Shown piece by piece: positions 1-9,843 of a stretch of 64,000 bases of DNA. The stretch spans positions 1,116,001 to 1,180,000 of the forward strand of contig OZ025786.1 of assembly GCA_964019425.1 (NCBI GenBank), given 5' to 3'. The notes beneath the pieces are model-generated. The model had not been told where the DNA came from and made no database searches. It saw nothing but the letters and a program-made list of their open reading frames with translations. Made by a program: the position numbers and the translations under genes. The stretch comes from Flectonema sp. DT1601 (lineage: Eukaryota). Position 1 is the stretch's first letter. Each line of letters begins with the position of its first letter.

Positions 1-2
1 CT

Positions 3-2039
3 CACGTGAATGTATTCCGTCTTGCCAGGGTTCTTATTGATTTTGATGTGTGAGTCAAGTGCCCACCTTTCAAATATTTTGACTGCGTTGTTAACCTTGT
101 TTTCTAAACAGCTGACAGTGCCCGCGGTTATTACTATTCCAACATCATCTGCAAAGACAGTCGGTTCGTACATCTCTAGTTTATCTATCAAATCATTTAT
201 GAAGATAGAGAATAACTGGGGTCCCAGCACGCTTCCTTGTGGCACCCCTACTCGAATGTTCCGGAATGCTCCCTTCACTCCATTCACCCTTGTTGAAATC
301 TTCCTGCTAGTCAAGTAGTTTTGAACCCACCGTAGATATTTCGTTGGTAGTCCTATTTTGGACATCTTATTTAGAAGAGTTACCGGTTGAACTGCATCGA
401 AGGCTTTTTGTAGGTCGAAGGTGATTAATATCGCTTCTTCTCCCATTGCCTTGGCACTTTTGAGTTTGTCTGTAACTATACAGAGATTTTCAATGGAATC
501 CCGTCCTCGTTTGTAGGCTGCTTGCCTCGGATTCATTCTGTCTTTCAACAGGTGGTGCATCCGTTCTACGACCATTCTTTCAAAGAGTTTCGAGACGGTC
601 GAGGTTAGTGCTATCGGTCTGTACGATAAGACTTGTTTCTTGTCTTTATCAGGTTTCAGTATGGGTATTACCATTCCACTTTTCCAGCACCTGGGTACTG
701 CTGATCGTTGCCATGAGAGGTTGAATAGTCTTAGTAGTTGCTCGAGGAAAGCTTTTGGAAGTTGTTTTAACATCGAGTTCCAGATGTGGTCAGGTCCAGG
801 TGCCTTCTTCTCCTTTGTTTTTGAAATTTGTCGTTCCAGTTCAGGCATTCCAAATTCCACCGAGTTGTCATCAGGTATTCCTTGTAAGGTTGGTTCACCG
901 TCTTCGAATTTGAATTGGTCTGCGTATGTTTTGGTGAAGACATCTGCCATCTCCCGCGGGTCGGTTAATTCCTTCTCACCGTCGACAATCTTAGTAATTG
1001 AATGGTCCATCATTCTACCTTCCAGTTGTTTAACTTTTCTAAAGGCCCATCGGTAGTCCATTCCAGTCATGTCGCACTCAATGATCTTCTGTTTGATCAT
1101 ATTGATACCTCTTTCAATTGCTTCTGAGTCTGTCTTATCAGGGTCAGTCTCTGCCATTAAATCTTCCAATTCTGAATCCCTCACAGCGAAGGTACTACTT
1201 GACTTCTTGTTGTAGCCTGGGATGGCCCTTCTCGCTGCTCTCAGAATCTCGTTGTTGATCCTATTAGCTAGTTTCTGCACATTCTTAATTCTTTCTAATT
1301 TGGGCGCTGCCCTTTCCAACAATATTTTATAATAATTCCAATCGGCACAATGCCACTTCCATTTCCATGTTCCAGAACTCTCTTTTGAATATTCATCTGT
1401 TTTGATATCTTCGATTGTCAGTTTGAGCGGCAGGTGATCGCTGCCCCATCCCTTCATGAGTTCGATTTGTGCATCCAAAGAAATATCTAATGCAATTACA
1501 TCCGGAGAGGCTGAGCTCTGTGGTCTTGTGTGTTGTTGAGGTTTGTTTAGAATTTGAATTGCTGCTTCTAGTGACCAATCGTAGAAGCTGTTACCAGTAA
1601 TGTTCGTATTTCCATTTGACCAAGTTGAATGGTGTCCATTGATGTCACCCGCAATCAATGTGCCGGGCTCTGTTTTAAACTTCCATGTTGTTGCCTTGAT
1701 TTCAGGCGGGTGGTAAACATTGTGAATTGTCAATGGCGGATTAGATTGAAGTACTACTGTTAATATCTCAGTTTGGTCATGTGAGATGTCGGGGTGTTTT
1801 AATATTATCTTATTTAAATCATTTCTGACCAGAGTGACGAGTCCTCGATGACCTGACTTGATGGTGCTATCTCGCCTGTGGATTGCATACCCTTCAATAG
1901 CGAAGTGTTTTTCTTTAGATAACCACGTTTCCTGCAGTAGTACTACTTCAGGCTTTTCTTCTTTCAGTGCCCAGTTCAATCGAAAGTAATTTTCTGGTTT
2001 CAGAACTGAGCGTATGTTATTTGACCAGATCACAATCAT
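3..2039 (-). CDS. Retrotransposon ORF2: AP-like endonuclease + reverse transcriptase (partial, open to window edge)
   Basis: Manual translation from ATG 2039: MIVIWSNNIRSV..VVLLQETWL..NVYHPP..IAGDINGHHSTW..PDVI..GSDHLP (EEP/APE motifs). Then KAPGPD..VIPILKP..YRPIALTSTVSKLFE..FDLQKAFD..GVPQGSVLGPQLFSIFIND..FADD (144..155). I found no stop in 679 codons. Confidence 0.95.
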   Translation of the reverse strand, partial: MIVIWSNNIRSVLKPENYFRLNWALKEEKPEVVLLQETWLSKEKHFAIEGYAIHRRDSTIKSGHRGLVTLVRNDLNKIILKHPDISHDQTEILTVVLQSNPPLTIHNVYHPPEIKATTWKFKTEPGTLIAGDINGHHSTWSNGNTNITGNSFYDWSLEAAIQILNKPQQHTRPQSSASPDVIALDISLDAQIELMKGWGSDHLPLKLTIEDIKTDEYSKESSGTWKWKWHCADWNYYKILLERAAPKLERIKNVQKLANRINNEILRAARRAIPGYNKKSSSTFAVRDSELEDLMAETDPDKTDSEAIERGINMIKQKIIECDMTGMDYRWAFRKVKQLEGRMMDHSITKIVDGEKELTDPREMADVFTKTYADQFKFEDGEPTLQGIPDDNSVEFGMPELERQISKTKEKKAPGPDHIWNSMLKQLPKAFLEQLLRLFNLSWQRSAVPRCWKSGMVIPILKPDKDKKQVLSYRPIALTSTVSKLFERMVVERMHHLLKDRMNPRQAAYKRGRDSIENLCIVTDKLKSAKAMGEEAILITFDLQKAFDAVQPVTLLNKMSKIGLPTKYLRWVQNYLTSRKISTRVNGVKGAFRNIRVGVPQGSVLGPQLFSIFINDLIDKLEMYEPTVFADDVGIVITAGTVSCLENKVNNAVKIFERWALDSHIKINKNPGKTEYIHV

Positions 2040-3895
2040 GATTGGCCAGTGTTGTTCCTATTGGTCGCACTTGTAGTAATCTTGTTCATACCAAGATTGT
2101 TCTCAATCCTCTTGACAGCTTCTATCAACGAAGTGATGGCTGTCGCCATGTTGTTGTTGGCTGCTTCGTTCTTTTTCGTAGTTTGCACCAGGGTTTCTAC
2201 AATCCCGGTTATCTGTGCCATGCCTTCATCAAGTCGAACTTGCATGTCCTTCACTTCTTTCTGGAGACGTTCGATAGTCTCGTTCGTTTTCTCTCTCAGG
2301 CTGTTGACGTTGTTTTCTACAACCTGAACTTCGGCCGTTGGTTTCTTCGTTGTCGGGAGTGACCTCTTGACCGCTGCTGCGTACGATGTTCTAGCCTCAC
2401 GGTACTTAACTACAACAGGTTTCGCTGTTTCCTTCGCCTTCACTTCTGTTTCTAACTTTTCAATGAGGATGACAATATCACCACACTGTACAAACCTTGA
2501 TTCTGGTTTCTTGTCCAGTGCGATGATAAAGTCACCTCTGTCCATCCTTATAAACTTTGACTTCAGTCCTATCTCCAATAGGATATTCCGAAGTCTGTTT
2601 CCCCAGCTGTAAGGTGCTCCACTGAGACGGTGGAGCCCTTCGCCAAACACTGTGGATGCATATTTACCAGCACCCTTTCTTACTTTATCAACATCCTTTT
2701 GATAAACCACCCTCAATCCAATCTTGCCATGAATGATGGTGAGTCCATGGCAAAGGTCATGTTGGGCTTTAAGTATGCCAACTGCCTCTTCGTTCGTTGT
2801 CTTGCGGTCCAGCCACACTGTGGTGTACTGAGTGGGTGTCTGTCCCGCCACTGATTTGATCCGGAAATAAACATTTCCTATTCCGGAGTTTCTTAATAAT
2901 GCAACAGCTGCATCCACGTCGTTTGGGAGAACAGTGAGTTCTACGTAGTCTTTGCCAACGTATCTGTAGGAGCGTTGATCGACTCTTCCGTGTTGTGCCA
3001 CAACAGCTTTGACAATTGCTGTTACAGCTGCCGGGTTTTGGACCTGTGACTTGGTCAACTCTTTAGTTGTTATCCACGCAATTAATTCGTGGGTCACCGG
3101 TGCGTTGATCTTCTTAGCTATTGTTAGAGTTGGGCGGTGGATCGTGCCAGACAAAGCAACGAACCACCAGCTTCTTATTCTTAATTGTCCATCAAACTGG
3201 ACCGGCGTTTGTATCTGACTGCAGTCAGTTGCGTGTTGTAGGGCACGTTTTGGAGGTGGTCGTGTGAACACCATCGTCAGTTGCTTCGTTTTGCTGGCCT
3301 TTTCGAAGTAGTCTTCGTCCAGGCTTCTTGCTTGTTGAGATAATGCAAGTATAATGCCGTTGGTCTTGCTGTTGAGGGTCTCAGTTGGCTGGAGTATTTT
3401 GCATTTAAAATGCTCCTTGTTGAGTTTCGGTGGTGGCCCATCCATAATCACCGTTGATCTTCTTTGTGCCTCTTTGATTTGAGGGCTTGATTGGGGTGCC
3501 TCATTTGACGGAGGGCTTTGTTTCGTTTTTAATACACTTCCTTGTGCCTCTATGTTTTGAGGGCTTATTTGAATTGCCTCTTTGTTTTGAGGGCTTGTCT
3601 TAGTTTGAGTTGCCTCCTTGTTTTGAGGGCTTGCTTGAAATACTGCTGGAGGTCCTACTGCGGTCACCTCTACTGCAATTCCTTCCGGTACTTCTGGAGA
3701 GTCCATCTCCATTTCTTCCTCTGATACTTCTGGTGATTCTCCCATCACCACGTCCTCGTCTTCTTGTTGGGTCTCTTCTTCTTCCCGGATCTCATTTCTG
3801 GCTTGTTCCCTCATCTTCTTCGCCTCTTTCCTTTCTCTTTCTCTCCTTTCTGCAACCCTTCTATCTTGCGGACGCATTGCTTTCTTTCCAGCCAT
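2036..3895 (-). CDS. Retrotransposon ORF1 protein (619 aa)
   Basis: Lies immediately upstream of APE-RT with an ATGA stop/start overlap. It has a basic/acidic N-terminus, SPQNKEA repeats, an SYAAAVK motif and a C-terminal coiled coil. No CCHC knuckle is visible. Confidence 0.85.
   Translation of the reverse strand: MAGKKAMRPQDRRVAERRERERKEAKKMREQARNEIREEEETQQEDEDVVMGESPEVSEEEMEMDSPEVPEGIAVEVTAVGPPAVFQASPQNKEATQTKTSPQNKEAIQISPQNIEAQGSVLKTKQSPPSNEAPQSSPQIKEAQRRSTVIMDGPPPKLNKEHFKCKILQPTETLNSKTNGIILALSQQARSLDEDYFEKASKTKQLTMVFTRPPPKRALQHATDCSQIQTPVQFDGQLRIRSWWFVALSGTIHRPTLTIAKKINAPVTHELIAWITTKELTKSQVQNPAAVTAIVKAVVAQHGRVDQRSYRYVGKDYVELTVLPNDVDAAVALLRNSGIGNVYFRIKSVAGQTPTQYTTVWLDRKTTNEEAVGILKAQHDLCHGLTIIHGKIGLRVVYQKDVDKVRKGAGKYASTVFGEGLHRLSGAPYSWGNRLRNILLEIGLKSKFIRMDRGDFIIALDKKPESRFVQCGDIVILIEKLETEVKAKETAKPVVVKYREARTSYAAAVKRSLPTTKKPTAEVQVVENNVNSLREKTNETIERLQKEVKDMQVRLDEGMAQITGIVETLVQTTKKNEAANNNMATAITSLIEAVKRIENNLGMNKITTSATNRNNTGQS
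3465..3635 (-). repeat. Imperfect tandem repeat inside ORF1 (SPQNKEA-like units, ~5 copies)
   Basis: Recurrent tgcctc(t/c)ttgttttgagggctt on the + strand; protein reads SPQNKEAT/SPQNKEAI/SPQNIEAQ/SPPSNEAP/SPQIKEAQ. Confidence 0.8.
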
Positions 3896-3988
3896 TTTAA
3901 TTTTTTTTTAAAAGATAGAAGGAAAAAATGGAGAACCTCATAATCACACAATAAAAAAAAAGAAGAAAAAAGCGCAAATCCAAACAGA

Positions 3989-4062
3989 GTTCCCATGGTC
4001 TAGTTGGTTATGACGTCGCCTTAACACGGCGAAGGTCTCCGGTTCGAGCCCGGATGGGAATA
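3989..4062 (+). tRNA. tRNA-Val (anticodon AAC)
   Basis: Acceptor stem GTTCCCA/TGGGAAT; D arm GTC-TAGTTGGTTAT-GAC; anticodon stem TCGCC/GGCGA with loop TTAACAC; T arm TCCGG-TTCGAGC-CCGGA; no encoded CCA. Confidence 0.95.
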
Positions 4063-4063
4063 C

Positions 4064-4068
4064 TTTTT
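4064..4068 (+). terminator. RNA polymerase III terminator (T5) of the tRNA gene
   Basis: TTTTT starting two bases after the discriminator A. Confidence 0.7.
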
Positions 4069-4549
4069 CCCAGGTTAAAATAACTGTAACTTTGCCTACA
4101 TGTAGAAAAACAACTTTGGATATAAAAAAGATGGATTCTCAGAAAAAAAACTTAGTTTATAAATGAAGAACATGTAAGCAAGCTTGGTTTGATAAGAAAG
4201 AGCAGTGGGTAAGGTAAAAGAGCACAAACGTCTCTCGCTGCATGAGAAGTGTCAAGGGAGGAGTTGCTTAACATTGGTGAGTTAGTTACATTACAATGTT
4301 CCAGATGACATCCGCCTTTAATCTTGTTGACCGCAAATTCAGATGTGCTCAGGTCAGAACCCATTTTTGCGCCCTGGAGAAATGGAAGTACTGCATAAGG
4401 AATAATTCTAAATGAGGAAATAATTTTAGTTAATTGAAGTCAATTCTAAAAAAAAGAAAAAAAATTGGAGCGGATTTTTCCTCACAAGAATTATTCCTTT
4501 TACAGTAATGTTTTTAGAGAAGATTGCTTTCACAGCTTTTCTGAAAGGT

Positions 4550-7500
4550 CTAATGAATCCTCCTCTCTTCCTTTAAAATTTTCATAACAGCGGCGATGAT
4601 GTTTTCATGTCTTTTTAAAACAGTCATATCAGGTGAGGATATGAGCTGTGAAAGCATTTTCTGGAGTTCCTTTCGAAGCTCTGAAATGACTCCAAGTACA
4701 TCAATATCCATTGTGTACCTTATCCATTTGTTAACACATACAGCTGGGCCATCGTATGACATGTCAATTGCAAAGAGAAGAAGCATTTGTGGTGAAATCA
4801 TTGTTACTTCACGTAAGAACACCTGAGATGTCATAATCTTTTCGCTGTAGACCAGCAGAGGATTTGGGTAATTCTTTTCATTACTGCAAACAGAAGAGGG
4901 GTGCAGCATTACTTTGTTACCATTTTCGTTAAAGAGCGCTCTAGTTTCTTTACCAACCTTTGTAGTGCGTGTTTCAACAACACTTGGTGTGAAAGCCGCT
5001 GTTAGCGCAGCTCGAATCGCCTGGATCGTTGTTGAATAACGGTTTAATTCCTTCCCTCCAAAGTCAAATATGAACTTCTCTCCAACACTATCTGTAGACG
5101 TGTGTTCCTTGCCATTCTTTTCTAAATTAACAAATCCTTGTCCAGCTAACAATGTAAAGTACTGCCTCTTTGTTTGCAATATCTGGTTCAGGACAGGAAT
5201 GGATAAGAAATGTTTTCGGCAGAAGTTTCTCTCTGCGTGGCGGCCATCACCCTCTACACGAACAACTTTCCAGGAATTGTATGCGAAAAAAACAGTCAAA
5301 TGGTCTGAACGAGACCCCTGAGAGATAGCAACTCTGGACTGGTCAGCTTCAAGCTTCTGATCCATGGGTGCTGAAAATGGAGATTTTGACTGCAATGCAG
5401 CAGCAATCGTCAAGCAAGGGTCAAGGCAACGGAGAAGGCAACCAAACAAAAGCAATTTTCCAACCTTCGGCTCGAGGGGTAAATTAGCTAGGTGAATCCC
5501 AAGAGATGTGATGTTGTCTTGAGGACCGATGGCACCAATTTCGCGTAGTGATGAGCGCGATGCTTTGACAGCCATTTCACTTGGACATTCAATGGCTTTT
5601 TTAAGAACTTGATAATCAGTTTTACAATCAAAATCAAGTACTCGTAACTGCAACAACAAGTTGTGTAGAGGAACACGTGACATTTCACAATCTTGAAATA
5701 GACTCATGACATTGTCATGAACATCACTCGTGTACATTCTAAAACAGTGACCTGGACGAACACGACCAGCTCGACCCTTTCTCTGTTTCGCGTTAGCCTG
5801 ACTAACCCAACACTGTACCAGCTTTTGCATTCCACGAGCAGCGTCATATCTGTTTTCTTTATGTTTTCCAGTGTCAATCACAAAAACAATATCATCAATC
5901 GTCACACTGGTTTCCGCAATATTCGTAGACAGAACAACCTTGCGAAGTCCCTTTGGAGGTCTGACAAAAACAGCTTCCTGTTCTTCATTCGAAACAGAGG
6001 AATGTAATCTGTTCACAGATAGAACAGCTCTCAAAGCTCTGATGCCTTGAAAGTCATCATACAGGCTGTTGATTTCTTGCATTCCAGGAAGGAATATTAA
6101 AATTGCTCCCTCGATGTCTTTGTATTTGTTTCCAAAGCAAATAGTTTCAACCAAGGCGATGATAAGATCGTTGTTAACACAGTCAGGATCCATTCTTAGG
6201 ATGATGTCTTTAGTCTTGTCAGATGCCTTTGGAAACTTTTCTCCTAACCGTGAAAGTTCATTAGCGTGTTTCTTATCAGCTTCTTGAGCTTGACGATGAG
6301 CATTTGATGCTTGTCCTTTTGTTGCAGAAGAATCGACATCAAAAAATGAAACATGCTGAGCTCGGGTAGCATATTGAGAGTCATCCTCAAGAGAGTAAGT
6401 AACATTGTTAAGAATGTCTTCCACGTGATGGATACTTACTGGATGGGTGAACCCCGGGATGTGAACTACAGGACATCCATCGAAGTATTGTGAAAACAAC
6501 TCAGCATTGACTGAAGCACTCATTAAGATTACTTTAAGGTCTGGTCTTTTAGGTAACAATTCTTTAAGAAATATCAAAAGAAAATCACTGTCCAAACTTC
6601 TCTCGTGGACTTCGTCTACAACAATGTGACTGACATTTGGTAGCAGGGCATCTCCTTGTAGTTTTCGGAGAAGGACTCCAGTAGTGCAGAATAGAAGTCG
6701 AGTGTTCTTTGATTGTTTTGACTCAAGTCTTATGCTGTAACCAACCTGTTGACCGATAGCTGATCCTCTTTCTTGAGCAACACGTTTTGCGATAGAAATT
6801 GCTGCGATTCTACGAGGCTGGGTGCATACCATTCTACAAGTACTGCCCTCCCCTGCTGCCAACAGACCGTCAAGAATGAATTGAGGAACTTGTGTTGTTT
6901 TACCACAACCAGTCTCACCAGTTATTAGGACAACTTGGTTATTTTTAACCGTCTCTACAACTTCGTCACACAGTTTCGCTGCAGGTAGTTTTGCTCTAAT
7001 TTCAGGAAGACCAACTTTGTTAGTAATTCTTTTATTATATTCAGACAACAACGTCTTGTCAACAGCGGCATCGCGTGTGATACCTGACCACGACTTCTCA
7101 TTACCCGAAGTTGATATGTTTGTAGCCACAGCGTTGATTTGTTCTCTAGACAGTTCAGGAAACACTTCAGGTACTCCCATCTCTGGTCTGGTCGCTTTCT
7201 TCTCTGGATTACTCCCCTTTACGGCGTCTAACCTGCCGCCCTTTACGATTCTACCTTTCTTTCCTTTTTTACCCCCTCCAGATGACTTAGTTGATTGTGG
7301 TTGCAGTTGCGGTTGTGGTTGTGCCCGCGGGGCTGCTTTCGCTGTCGGAGTAGCTGCTTCTGCTTCTTCAATTATCGAAGGCATTTCAATCAAAATCGGG
7401 AATAAGATTGGCATCCCAACATGTTCAATCATTTTCGTCCATAATTGTTGGTGGACTGAGAATCGAACTGCAGTAGTGGCATCGGGATTAATGTATTTTG

Positions 7501-8017
7501 CCAAAGGGAGTTTAGAAGGATAATATTTATCATTACATCCTTTAAAGTGAATAGCTGACCCAGGATGGGCTGCTATCTTTACTTCAATGATACCGTCCGG
7601 GAGGTGAATAATCTCATCAGGGATGCTGGATAAGCATTCTAGTTCTTCTTGTTGTTGTTCGTGTCCTTCTTCTGGGTCTGTTGAAGTGGTGCTTCCCATT
7701 TCTTCAGCAAGTTTCTCAAGTGAAAGTTCGATTGCCTTCCACATTCTGTCTTCAGATGAGTAGTTAGAATACCTGTTTGAGACTTCTGTTGCGATCTCGT
7801 CGTCGATTCCATTTCTGATCAACGCATTCCTCTCAGGGTTTGCGTTCACTACTTTCACAGACATCTTCTTCTCTACTTGTAGACCATTCACTTCAGTGTC
7901 ACATCCGTCCTTCAGATTCTGTAGGACGTTCATTACCATGTCTTTATTCTCTTTGCTTACTCCTACAGACATTGTTGGCATCTTCTTCCCTTTCTTACCT
8001 CCTCCCTTACCACCCAT
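4550..8017 (-). CDS. DEAH-box RNA helicase, DHX57/DHX29/DHX36 group, with N-terminal RWD-like region (~1155 aa)
   Basis: Motifs GETGCGKTTQ, TQPRRIAA, DEVHER, MSAS, STNIAETSVTIDD and QRKGRAGRV, plus HA2 (SDHL) and an OB fold (LHPSS). First ATG is at 8017 (MGGKGGGKK). Confidence 0.93.
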   Translation of the reverse strand: MGGKGGGKKGKKMPTMSVGVSKENKDMVMNVLQNLKDGCDTEVNGLQVEKKMSVKVVNANPERNALIRNGIDDEIATEVSNRYSNYSSEDRMWKAIELSLEKLAEEMGSTTSTDPEEGHEQQQEELECLSSIPDEIIHLPDGIIEVKIAAHPGSAIHFKGCNDKYYPSKLPLAKYINPDATTAVRFSVHQQLWTKMIEHVGMPILFPILIEMPSIIEEAEAATPTAKAAPRAQPQPQLQPQSTKSSGGGKKGKKGRIVKGGRLDAVKGSNPEKKATRPEMGVPEVFPELSREQINAVATNISTSGNEKSWSGITRDAAVDKTLLSEYNKRITNKVGLPEIRAKLPAAKLCDEVVETVKNNQVVLITGETGCGKTTQVPQFILDGLLAAGEGSTCRMVCTQPRRIAAISIAKRVAQERGSAIGQQVGYSIRLESKQSKNTRLLFCTTGVLLRKLQGDALLPNVSHIVVDEVHERSLDSDFLLIFLKELLPKRPDLKVILMSASVNAELFSQYFDGCPVVHIPGFTHPVSIHHVEDILNNVTYSLEDDSQYATRAQHVSFFDVDSSATKGQASNAHRQAQEADKKHANELSRLGEKFPKASDKTKDIILRMDPDCVNNDLIIALVETICFGNKYKDIEGAILIFLPGMQEINSLYDDFQGIRALRAVLSVNRLHSSVSNEEQEAVFVRPPKGLRKVVLSTNIAETSVTIDDIVFVIDTGKHKENRYDAARGMQKLVQCWVSQANAKQRKGRAGRVRPGHCFRMYTSDVHDNVMSLFQDCEMSRVPLHNLLLQLRVLDFDCKTDYQVLKKAIECPSEMAVKASRSSLREIGAIGPQDNITSLGIHLANLPLEPKVGKLLLFGCLLRCLDPCLTIAAALQSKSPFSAPMDQKLEADQSRVAISQGSRSDHLTVFFAYNSWKVVRVEGDGRHAERNFCRKHFLSIPVLNQILQTKRQYFTLLAGQGFVNLEKNGKEHTSTDSVGEKFIFDFGGKELNRYSTTIQAIRAALTAAFTPSVVETRTTKVGKETRALFNENGNKVMLHPSSVCSNEKNYPNPLLVYSEKIMTSQVFLREVTMISPQMLLLFAIDMSYDGPAVCVNKWIRYTMDIDVLGVISELRKELQKMLSQLISSPDMTVLKRHENIIAAVMKILKEERRIH

Positions 8018-8475
8018 AATGTGAAGTAGTCTTTTGATAATTCTGAAAGGAAAAAAAGGAAAGATTTGTATTGCCCACAGGGAAGTCACGATCACTAAAA
8101 AGTATAGTAGTCATCCACACGGGTTATAATAATGTTGAAATCTGTAAAAAAAATAATTTCCTCAAGAAAAGCAAACAAAGAAACAAAAACTAAAAAGCTA
8201 TTCTATACTTTACTGTTTGGGGAGTGTGAGAGGGAAGTTTAACAACGACGAAAACAAGGGGAATTGGTGGATTTGAGAATCGTTATTCGTCTAAAAGCAG
8301 CAACAAGGCACGTACAGACCTAACAAGAAAATGGGGAGTATCAAGGAGGGGTTTTACACCGTACAAAAAAAGCGATTGCTTGTGGGAAGAATGAGTTACA
8401 ACGGACCATAACTGTTTCAAAGTAATCTATAAGCTGAATAAGTGTCTAATAACAGTCGAGTGGGTTATTAGTTTT

Positions 8476-9843
8476 CTACGGAACTCGCAACCGTGGCTTT
8501 GTTCCCATATAAATGTTAAAAGCAGATGGTGGCAACAGCTGACCAGTTTCAGGACAACGCAATAATATCTTTCGAGGTTCAGCTGTTCCTAATCCGTTAT
8601 GAGTAATTCCTGGACGAAGACGTTCTTGTTGTTGTGCAGAAGATGCTTCAACGCGTTGGGCTATTTGACTTACGAGTGATTCCCTAAACGCTTGAGACTT
8701 GCTCCTCCTCATTTCATTTTCGTTTTTAAGAATTTTGTCGCCAACACTGCGAGACCGCTCAACTCGTTGTCTGTCGGCGTGCGTCTCACGAGCGCGTTCT
8801 ACCCGATCGTGTTGTGCTTTATCGTGAGCCATGGCTTTTTGTTCTCTCGTGAAATTCATATTTTTGATTCTCTTCATAAGTTTATCGTCTTCAGCCTGTC
8901 GGGTTTTCTCAAAGTCTTGCTCTCTGAGTCTGGTTGAGAAACTTGCTGATCGGCGACTCTCAGCCTGTCTCAACTCATCTTTGTAGTTAAGTTGTTCATC
9001 CCAAGCAGACTGAATCTTGCGAGCTCTGTTTCGAGTAACGGATTTGGGTTCTGGTACGGAACCTACGACTAACCCAGGGTAGCACTCTTCTCTGCGAGCT
9101 TCACTTTTGGCGGATTCTTTTCGAGACTTGTCAGCTATCAGACGCTGGAGTTCTTCTCTCCAAATTTCTTTGGATCGATGCTGTTGGATGAGTGATTCTC
9201 TTTTCTTGTCGACTTCGTGTTCGTAATTCTCAGATATGATATCTTTACGTCTTCGATCAGCTGCTGCTTCTTCTGCACGCTTTTGATTGTCGAAATCTAT
9301 TTTTCTGGAATTCCATTCACCCAATTCGTGTTTTTGTCTAATTTTCTTTTCCATCTCATTCTCGTGTTCAATTCGAAGGCTTTCTCTGTCAGATTGCAAC
9401 TTCGCCACAGATGACTGGTAGTCTCTTTCTCTTTGAATAGCTTCCTTTCCCTGATGTGCCTTTGACTGACGTTGATTGTAGGCTAAGTTAGAAGGGACTG
9501 CGGAGTTGTAAACTTCATACTCGTCGTGTTTTCTTCCTATTTTAGCAACTCGAAGAATGGTTCGATCTGTTTCGTTGAAGACCTGGTTTGGAGCGACAGT
9601 TCGCAATCCTCTGGCAGGACTCATGTGAATAACACAACCCGTGTCTTCACCTCCATGGACCGTCCCTGTAGTTGTTGTTGCTGTACTTCGAGGAGTTTCA
9701 CTTCCCCGTTGACTTCCACGCGGTGTTCGTGGAGCTCTCATTCGTGGTCTCATTATCTTGTGGCTCTCAGTCGAACGTGATGGTGCAGACACCCCACTGA
9801 CTGGGATACTAATTCCCAAGTCCCCAAGTAGATCATATCCCAT
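8476..9843 (-). CDS. Coiled-coil (trichohyalin-like) hypothetical protein, ~455 aa
   Basis: Long ORF with an E/R/K/Q-rich helical core and C-terminal RCPETGQLLPPSAF. First ATG is at 9843. Confidence 0.75.
   Translation of the reverse strand: MGYDLLGDLGISIPVSGVSAPSRSTESHKIMRPRMRAPRTPRGSQRGSETPRSTATTTTGTVHGGEDTGCVIHMSPARGLRTVAPNQVFNETDRTILRVAKIGRKHDEYEVYNSAVPSNLAYNQRQSKAHQGKEAIQRERDYQSSVAKLQSDRESLRIEHENEMEKKIRQKHELGEWNSRKIDFDNQKRAEEAAADRRRKDIISENYEHEVDKKRESLIQQHRSKEIWREELQRLIADKSRKESAKSEARREECYPGLVVGSVPEPKSVTRNRARKIQSAWDEQLNYKDELRQAESRRSASFSTRLREQDFEKTRQAEDDKLMKRIKNMNFTREQKAMAHDKAQHDRVERARETHADRQRVERSRSVGDKILKNENEMRRSKSQAFRESLVSQIAQRVEASSAQQQERLRPGITHNGLGTAEPRKILLRCPETGQLLPPSAFNIYMGTKPRLRVP

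Larger units (their letters stand above)
1..3895 (-). mobile_element. Two-ORF non-LTR (LINE-type, APE-RT) retrotransposon, 3' part beyond window edge
   Basis: ORF1 (2036..3895) is followed by an overlapping ORF2 encoding AP endonuclease and reverse transcriptase. The exact 5' end and target-site duplication cannot be defined because the 3' end is outside the window. Confidence 0.95.

Noticed and set aside
10..1056. Plus-strand ORFs 10..318 and 640..1056
   Set aside because: Antisense shadows of the reverse transcriptase ORF2 on the minus strand.
4152..4364. 70-aa minus-strand ORF between tRNA and helicase
   Set aside because: Short, no motif, and likely within the helicase 3' region.
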